From Williopsis jadinii (Eukaryota): a stretch of DNA of 64,000 nucleotides. Position numbers and translations under genes: made by a program. The notes below the pieces were generated by a model. The model worked only from the letters and a program-made list of their open reading frames with translations, searched no databases and had not been told where the DNA came from. This document shows positions 57,801-64,000 of this stretch, piece after piece. Positions within the stretch are counted from its first letter, which is position 1, and the number at the start of each line of letters is the position of its first letter. The stretch covers positions 1,488,001 through 1,552,000 of the forward strand of contig AP024665.1 in NCBI GenBank assembly GCA_024346625.1, given 5' to 3'.

Positions 57801-58435
57801 AGAACGACAATGACAGTGCAGGTTCACGGACTGACGATTCTCCAGTGAAAAGTTCTATGGCGCCATTTGCTCAAACCGGACAAGAATCGCCAACACGTTA
57901 TAAACCAGTTGAGGAGTCACCATTGAAGAAACTACGTGATGATTCCTTTGTGGAGTCCATTAATAGTGTCATTGTTCCGCCAAAGAAGCTCACTCCTCAG
58001 AGACCTGCACCATCTGCTCCTTTGAAACGTGAAGACACCATGAAGAAGAGCAATTGGTTCACAAAGTTTTTCTCCAGCTTGATGTCAAGTGAATCTGATC
58101 AGAAGAAGAAGAAGAAACAAAACACAAAGCTATTTGAAACTGAAGTACCAGTGGCTCGTATGCGTAAGTCCATTGAAGTGCTTCTTGAGTTGAAGCGTAA
58201 AGAGGGTACATTAAGAAATATCAAAGCCACTAGTGATACCATTAGTGCTACTGTTCCCGCTGCCTACACTTTGGGATCACCTTTGAAGTTTGAGATCAAA
58301 TTTTCTAGCTCGTCTCGGATAGAACTTACAAAGATTAAAGGTCCAAAAAAAGTGTTCAAGAACCTGGTCAGTGCTATGGACTTTGTGGTTGAAACTGAAC
58401 TACAGAGATATAAAGAAGAGAATCGCAAGGTCTAG
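54869..58435 (+). CDS. HSL1: Nim1-family septin-associated kinase Hsl1
   Basis: ATG at 54869. KRLSQ..SKRKSKNHVGPWRLGRTLGKGSTGRVRLAK, PYGIEREIIIMKL, LETSCGSPHYASPE, KEN box; MCB sites at 54296 and 54449. Confidence 0.88.
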   Translation: MASKINNHPSVDNFAHSAARAALSQNNNVQNVPVVPRKNASTPKVTEQTANEIDRIVVSVENATKRLSQISTNTNSSKRKSKNHVGPWRLGRTLGKGSTGRVRLAKHSETGQLAAVKIVPKSKFQKDGKADKAICSPYGIEREIIIMKLISHPNIMALYDVWENKGELYLVLEYVEGGELFDYLIKKGKLPEREAVHYFRQIISGVSYCHQFNICHRDLKPENLLLDKNNNIKIADFGMAALEMNQQLLETSCGSPHYASPEIVTGKSYHGSPSDIWSCGIILFALLTGHLPFDDENIRNLLLKVRAGRFVMPNYLTPEAKDLIWKMLKVNPAERIKINDIFKHTLLKKYETSALLKTKKKNQDKVDSYYNDVSNMVLKKSDIDQDILKSLSVLFHGATEQSLIPKLISRRSNPERMFYYLLLNYKQQHQTKEKSEMSHKNSKKKKIGAGDGTLKKSKSMSKTTITNEDGSQIVKTEQVEMPPIPVAPVIKSIKNASGQIQISASNSYRRGISFNTNNNGNRSAHVSRSSSRRSFASNNNNAILKKHKSILPPLPDLDVDWLSFGDDGMPKGEFAELYEEIFNFNGIKKEPKSRDDGTFITSSPLPSKIEMTLKQEEDKENMPLGIARQRPKMSSSSPKVAALSPRRTRPLPTESHPPSIAAPVAPVAKLPPMTDVDYSSQRRAVTEPTPELKPTTLDPSYKKSGATDMNPNAVLQRLGVSLQRDHKTRSKIYYSKSSTSINLAAILQGNQDDIPPLPNADLVTSTVPATTNAAAAAESSAAGSTLVSQAPDYRISSSNYGSIRSGCSDDDGTISVATKELTKELTFDFEVPTMTEVATAVPMSAASNVTVGSKLTPREDSMFVDVAASEQNLLKLSTSTHSTIKHHRKASTDPKHIYAAMVDFRGSLYNNPSDLRDDDVPVPQLGEFERPKFSTVDDFNETKSSIMDNSIFADNTDDDLESGGAKRVTMIFDDFQDENDNDSAGSRTDDSPVKSSMAPFAQTGQESPTRYKPVEESPLKKLRDDSFVESINSVIVPPKKLTPQRPAPSAPLKREDTMKKSNWFTKFFSSLMSSESDQKKKKKQNTKLFETEVPVARMRKSIEVLLELKRKEGTLRNIKATSDTISATVPAAYTLGSPLKFEIKFSSSSRIELTKIKGPKKVFKNLVSAMDFVVETELQRYKEENRKV

Positions 58436-61187
58436 ATGACGCTAGATGTATATGACATATGTATAATTGTTTATTTTACAATCATTACCAGATATAATTT
58501 AATGCCCCTAGCAAACTTTTTCAATGTTGGTTTCCCTGACAAAATTCTATGTTTCTGCAATTATCTGTGGTTGATATGCAGTGAGGCTACACATTGCATG
58601 AGGCTGCGCCAAAAAGAAACGTGAACAGAAGCAGTAAGTGAGGTTGTTGCTTGAACTTGCTTTCCTCATCTTCCTGGAGAACTGAAGGTAGGTGTTTGTT
58701 GATTCATGGCCCTGTATTTTTGCCACGGCCAGGTTTATAATCTCCCATGATGAATTAGTCAAAGGATGTTCTCCATCTTGTGAACCATGCCTTGTGAGCC
58801 ATGCCTTGTGGAATGCTGCATAGAAAATGTATTATGTGGTTAGAGGTGTTATTGATTGGATATTATTCTTCACATGTCACCCACGCAAGTCTGAAGGGAT
58901 AAATTTTTGGAGGACAGCGGTCTCAGGAACAGCTAAGAGATTACATGTGAGACATGTATGGTGACCATAGGACTGAAACAAATCATTCTATGAAAAAATG
59001 CATTGATAGCCGTATTGAAGCTTAAACTCTTTCCTATTACACTCGCCTTTGTTTCAGACCATGACATTTTAAGCTTTCCGAGCTGAATCGTTCAAGTATG
59101 AAGTTCTCACGAGTGCCGGTAGACTCGGCATATCGGCGTGTTAAGTGAACCGACCATCCAATCCAATCGAATATGAGTGGTACGCTGGAGGACCACCTTG
59201 ACAAGAAAAACTCATCGTTTAACTATTGACTCCGATGCCGGCGCTGCTGGTTTGTAACATAAAGAGAGTATCTGGCTCTGTTCCTTGTCTATGCTGTCTT
59301 TGTCTTTCAGCTATAAGGATTTGTTCAACAATATACAAAGCATATGGAAAAGCACGCAATGAGAGATTTTGTTTCACACTCCTAAAAATCAATTTATATG
59401 AAACGCGATGAAAGTAACACTATGGAATCCTTACACTCATCAAGCAATCACTTAGTATGGTGAGAACATTGAATCTTAAAACTAGTGTCAACTCTCATCT
59501 TAAAGAGACACGTACCAGTAATAACGTCCTAGGCTTGATGCATCACGCCTGTTTTACAGTACATTCACGGAGCAATTTACGGGCGAATGTTGCTACGCTC
59601 ATTGACAACTAGTGAAGGAAAAGTACTCAAATGACTCAAATTTCAGGGATTTGGACAAATCAAAGGTCACTTTGAGTCATGGATAAACCTCTCACTCCTT
59701 TCGCAAAATCGACGAAGTATACCAATCTTCGTTGTAAGGCTCAACCCCATAAACATGGGCTGACATTGCGACATGAGGCTGAGGCCCAAGCTTCAATAAG
59801 TCTTTAGGTCTGTGTTTCAAACCAATGGTTATTACTGGCTAAGAGTTACATTCAACTTCAACGGCCTCAAACCTTCTTTTCTGGATCCTCTAATAAAACA
59901 GAGCCTATACGTGTTGTCCTCTTCGCTGTACTTTACAACACCTTTGAAGAAACGAGATCTCGGTTTCATAGCCGTAAACCCAGTTCTTTTCCATACATAA
60001 AACCACAGCAATTCGAATAACCTTTCCGTTACCCGTTTATTGTGTGTTGACTTTTCCGGACGGTAAGGCACGCAAAGAAACAGAAAGAGGAAAAAAGAAA
60101 CGATTAAAGTTCCGACACAATGCATTCCACAACTCAATTTTTTTCAAACTCAAAGTGACTTAAAAGATGTATGGGCTGGGAAGTGGTCAATGTTTTCCAT
60201 AAAGAGACTTCTTTTGTTGGTGTTTTCTGGTTGTTGAGGGTCGAATGCTCCACAGGCCGATTTAAACCCTCAGGATTTAACATACTGATGGCTGCCTCGA
60301 TATCTGAACGCCTTGTAAAACCTTTTTCAAGAGATCTGTGGTTTGTACAGAGGTTGTACTATCGGAATCACAGATGCAAAAGCTGGTCACCCCAAGGGTT
60401 AAGAAGCTCAAGAGGAGCACAACCATGCTTGCTATTTAGTGAGTGCACTTTGCGGTTGAATATCCGTTGCACCATTTATGCAGCGAGCTAAAACTTTTAG
60501 AAAACCTATACGAGGACTTGGGGAGATTGTGCTGTTGTTTGAACACACCTTTCATTGGTTCGCTCTAAGTGCTTTGTTGTTGTCGTTGTGAAGAAGCCAA
60601 CCAATATCAATCAGAGGCAACAGCAAGGCTCGCCTCGTCAAAAAGCCCCAACCGTTGGATACGCCAGACGTTCTTTCAAACGGTTTTCATGCATAAGGCT
60701 GCAGTGCGCAATGCGGCTCTTTCTTTCAGATGATCCCTAGTAATGAACACTCACGCTTGCGCTGGCTGAAGTTGACCAGTTAACCAAATTCGCACTTCAA
60801 ACGCTCGTCCAACGGTGCCACACATTTGCTCATATCTGGACTTTCTCTACTCTCAGTACATATACACTACATATTGTGCATATATTCATTTGTAAATCTC
60901 CCTGGTGCCCTTTAAATCAGAGCTATTTCCCTGTCTGCACACTTTTCGCAGTTTTTTATTCTCTTCCTCTCCTTCTGTCTCCTTCTGTCTCCTTCTGTCT
61001 TCTTCTCTCTCTCTCTCTGAGTTGTTGACTAGAGTCTGTTGAGTTTGAAGTTGAAGTACACCCTACCGTTGCTCCTACATCCAGTGGTACTTGACCGTTG
61101 TAACTTCTCGTTCCCCTAATACTCTACATCTACTCCTGGCCCTTAGTCTGTGACACGTCATATATTCTTCTCCACTACACACATAGC

Positions 61188-61958
61188 ATGTCGACAAAGC
61201 AACCACCGATTAGGATATGTGTTGTCGGTGCTCAAGGCTCTGGAAAGTCGTCATTGACTTTACAGTTCACACAGGATCATTTCCCGGTTGATTTTGACCC
61301 TTCAGTTGAAGACGTTTACAGAAGAGAAATATACCTAGATGGGAGAGTGGTTCCACTGGAGATCCTGGACACCGCTAATAACGACGTCTATTCTGATCTC
61401 ATGTATAAGCAACTCCTCGAAGCTGATGGTGTTGTCGTTGTATATTCAGTTGGTTCTCATGAAACCTTCCAGTCTGTGACGAACTTCTACAGAAATGTAC
61501 TGAGAGCAAGGGAATCTAACATGCCTCCAACAATATTAGTAGGAGCCCAAGCAGACACTTCAACAGCTAGAGTCATATCCACGCATGAAGGAGAACAACT
61601 TGCAAGTGAATTAGGCATCGCTGAATTCATAGAATGCTCTGCGATGCATAACACCAACATTGCAGAGATATTTATAAAGCTTTCGGAACAAGTTATTGAA
61701 CACAGAGAAGTTAACGAAGAGCATGGAGTTGTTGAGCTAAAAAGTGACCCGAGGAAAAGAACGAAAACATTTACTACTGGTGCAACCCTGGATCTCAGGA
61801 AGAGTGCAGAACCATCGTTATTCAACTGCAAATCTGAATCCTCAGTTAGGGAGATTCCCCGGAAGAACTCAGTTGAATATCCAAAAAGGGGCTATGTCAG
61901 TAAGGATCCAGTGAAATTTGATGATGAAGACAGTTCTAAATGCTGCGTCATAATGTAA
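61188..61958 (+). CDS. Atypical Ras-family small GTPase with CAAX (CCVIM)
   Basis: G1 GAQGSGKS, effector loop FDPSVED, G3 LDTANND, G4 VGAQAD, G5 ECSA, C-terminal CCVIM. Confidence 0.85.
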   Translation: MSTKQPPIRICVVGAQGSGKSSLTLQFTQDHFPVDFDPSVEDVYRREIYLDGRVVPLEILDTANNDVYSDLMYKQLLEADGVVVVYSVGSHETFQSVTNFYRNVLRARESNMPPTILVGAQADTSTARVISTHEGEQLASELGIAEFIECSAMHNTNIAEIFIKLSEQVIEHREVNEEHGVVELKSDPRKRTKTFTTGATLDLRKSAEPSLFNCKSESSVREIPRKNSVEYPKRGYVSKDPVKFDDEDSSKCCVIM

Positions 61959-62171
61959 AGAGCTATTGCCTTTGCACTGCAAGATTTATTTTATTTATAC
62001 ATAGTTGGGAGAAGTTACATTACATTTTTGTGGGAGATTCCTCTTGACGGAATCAATTGGAGTTGTTTGCTTTTTGGTTTGTTGTTCTGTTGATTGTACT
62101 TTATTATCTTGAATATACACATATTCGCCTCATGACGTTCGTGATTATTCAGCAACTCCGTAGCTAGTTGA

Positions 62172-63890
62172 TTAATTGTTACCCATCTTGTTCATTTCAA
62201 CTCTCACTTTGGATTCAAACCATCTATCCAGTCCATCCCTTGGAACTGCGACACAGTCCTTTATCTGGAAAAGGCACTTGTCTATTTTGATGAACTCAAC
62301 GTTATTGTTAACAGAGGCAATCTCGCTGGCCACGTGACGAACCCTTAACCAGTCATCAAGGACACCGTTGTGCACCACCTGTAATCCCATATGAGGAGCA
62401 CCACCGGCACTAGATCCATATAACACAACGTATTTCAATTTTGGTAATTCTGACAATAGCAACGTGGCATATGGCTGGAGAGAGTATCCATGGACTCTTA
62501 GGGACTCAAGGTTAGACAAGGCACTCAGTTTCATTAACACTGCCGTGTCGAATTGCTTGTCCAGCTCGCAAAATACAGAGTCCTCCTTCGCCTCCAGAGA
62601 CAGTTTCCTCAAGGTTCCCGAATGCTTCAATATGGCAGTGATGTAGGCATTGCACAGCGTAACCCATGAATCCACAGAGCACAGCTTAGTTAAGTTCCAC
62701 CTAATTGTAACATCGAGCTCTTCCAATCTATTGAAGCTTTCTATGAAGGCTGGAACGGAGTCCCGAAGGCCTTCTCTATAGTCAATACGAAGTCTTGTCA
62801 CGTTTTCCAATTGTCTGCCATCAAGAATCTTGAGAAATCCAGTATCCAACCTTCTTGCAAGATCATTCATAGATATTGGGACATTCACACCAGGTATATG
62901 TTGAATCTCTGAAACGTTTTTCAACTCCAGCTGGTGTAATTGTTTCATATCGCACATTTGATGGAGTCGTGAAGCATCCTTGCAGCTAACGAGAACAGAG
63001 TCTAGACTTAGTACCTTCAGGTACTTCAATATGAAGTCAGCTTGTGAACATACTTCGCACATGTACTTTATCGTATCCAAGTCATAATCTGTCATTTTCA
63101 TTTGCTCATTTTCAATAATGAATTGCGTTAGCACTAGCATTGATGAAGGGATGTTCTTGTTGAAGCCATGTAAGGAGTCATGCATCGATAATTGAAGGCT
63201 CTCCAGCTTATATATGGACTGAACATTACCATCTTTGACCAGATTGAGAAATATATACTTCAAGTTCCTGGATTTCAAGAGCTGTACTAGTGATAAATGC
63301 TCCAAATTGTTGAACTGTGCAAATGACTCAAATGCAGAGGGAGATCTCACAGCTTTCAGGTCCACTCTCGTCCTAAGAGATTTGAGATTAGCCTTGTTGG
63401 GTATCCTGTCAATCATCCTGAGTGTAAGTTCGGTCTGTGACCCCCAGTATAGACTTCTCAAGTTAGTCAACTTGAGCATTGATCTCATCAGAACAGTGAG
63501 GTCTGTGTGTATATCAAAGCTATCAGGCAGCTCAATGACCTGTAAGCTGTTTACATATGAAGCATACTGTGTACACTTCTCAATGCCCTTCTCAGGTGTC
63601 CCAACACTTGTCGCCTTCTCAACAGTCTTACAGAACGTCTTCAAACTGTACCTCGTCTTTATGTACGATGCGCGATAAGCTGTTGATAGATGCGCAGAGA
63701 GTATATCCATGTTAAAATAGGAATATGATGGATCAACTATGATCTCAGCATACAGGCGTATCACAGCAACCTGATAAAATGCCCTGTTGACCAGCATCAA
63801 GCTCAACGTATCGTACTGCGATAATTCATTGACGATGAGCAACCGTATCTCAAACGGCAGCTTATCTATGGAGCTTGGGTAAACCGACAT
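62172..63890 (-). CDS. F-box protein with LRR-like repeats (possibly Das1/YDR131C-like)
   Basis: N-terminal IDKLPFEIRLLIVNELSQYDTLSLMLVNRAFY F-box; LxxLxxLxL repeats. Subfamily tentative. Confidence 0.8.
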   Translation of the reverse strand: MSVYPSSIDKLPFEIRLLIVNELSQYDTLSLMLVNRAFYQVAVIRLYAEIIVDPSYSYFNMDILSAHLSTAYRASYIKTRYSLKTFCKTVEKATSVGTPEKGIEKCTQYASYVNSLQVIELPDSFDIHTDLTVLMRSMLKLTNLRSLYWGSQTELTLRMIDRIPNKANLKSLRTRVDLKAVRSPSAFESFAQFNNLEHLSLVQLLKSRNLKYIFLNLVKDGNVQSIYKLESLQLSMHDSLHGFNKNIPSSMLVLTQFIIENEQMKMTDYDLDTIKYMCEVCSQADFILKYLKVLSLDSVLVSCKDASRLHQMCDMKQLHQLELKNVSEIQHIPGVNVPISMNDLARRLDTGFLKILDGRQLENVTRLRIDYREGLRDSVPAFIESFNRLEELDVTIRWNLTKLCSVDSWVTLCNAYITAILKHSGTLRKLSLEAKEDSVFCELDKQFDTAVLMKLSALSNLESLRVHGYSLQPYATLLLSELPKLKYVVLYGSSAGGAPHMGLQVVHNGVLDDWLRVRHVASEIASVNNNVEFIKIDKCLFQIKDCVAVPRDGLDRWFESKVRVEMNKMGNN

Positions 63891-64000
63891 ATGTGAAGTG
63901 GACTCAGGTATGGTTCGAGGTATGCAGCTGTACTGACCTTCTATCTCGTTGTCTGAACGGTTCGATAGTGAAGATACAAAGGGAAGTATGTTTGATACCT

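Noticed and set aside
60969..61018. CTCCTTCTGT x3 and CT run; also short repeats near 855, 18990, 38110 and 58795
   Set aside because: Ordinary slippage repeats; no spacer structure, so not CRISPR-like.

Overview
Gene-dense nuclear DNA of an ascomycete budding yeast. CTG reads as Leu at a conserved position (ACO2 WELKAP), introns are short, and gene order looks pre-WGD; a Phaffomycetaceae-like yeast (Cyberlindnera/Wickerhamomyces) is my inference only. The window holds about 26 protein genes, including PEX28-like, PDR16, ELA1, CUZ1, ACO2, RFT1, ECM25, BUD5, PPN1, YOX1/YHP1, ADA2, RPS17, ECM11, UTP6, PSP1-like, YML6, RPS18, YPK1, HSL1, an atypical Ras and an F-box gene. It also holds two intron-containing tRNAs (Trp-CCA, Lys-TTT) and six spliceosomal introns that the ORF track does not model. 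Most notable: (1) about 2.1 kb abutting tRNA-Lys, where hand translation through stops and frameshifts gives a collinear series of motifs resembling 2-micron plasmid Rep1 and, divergently, a short Rep2-like motif, i.e. a candidate fossil of an unknown 2-micron-like selfish plasmid; (2) a three-gene island (QutD-like permease plus two QutH-like Gfo/Idh/MocA oxidoreductases) between the otherwise syntenic PPN1 and YOX1/YHP1; (3) a predicted intron with a non-consensus 5' splice site in the meiotic gene ECM11; (4) a Ras with degenerate G3/G4 boxes. All family assignments come from recalled sequence motifs, not from database searches.
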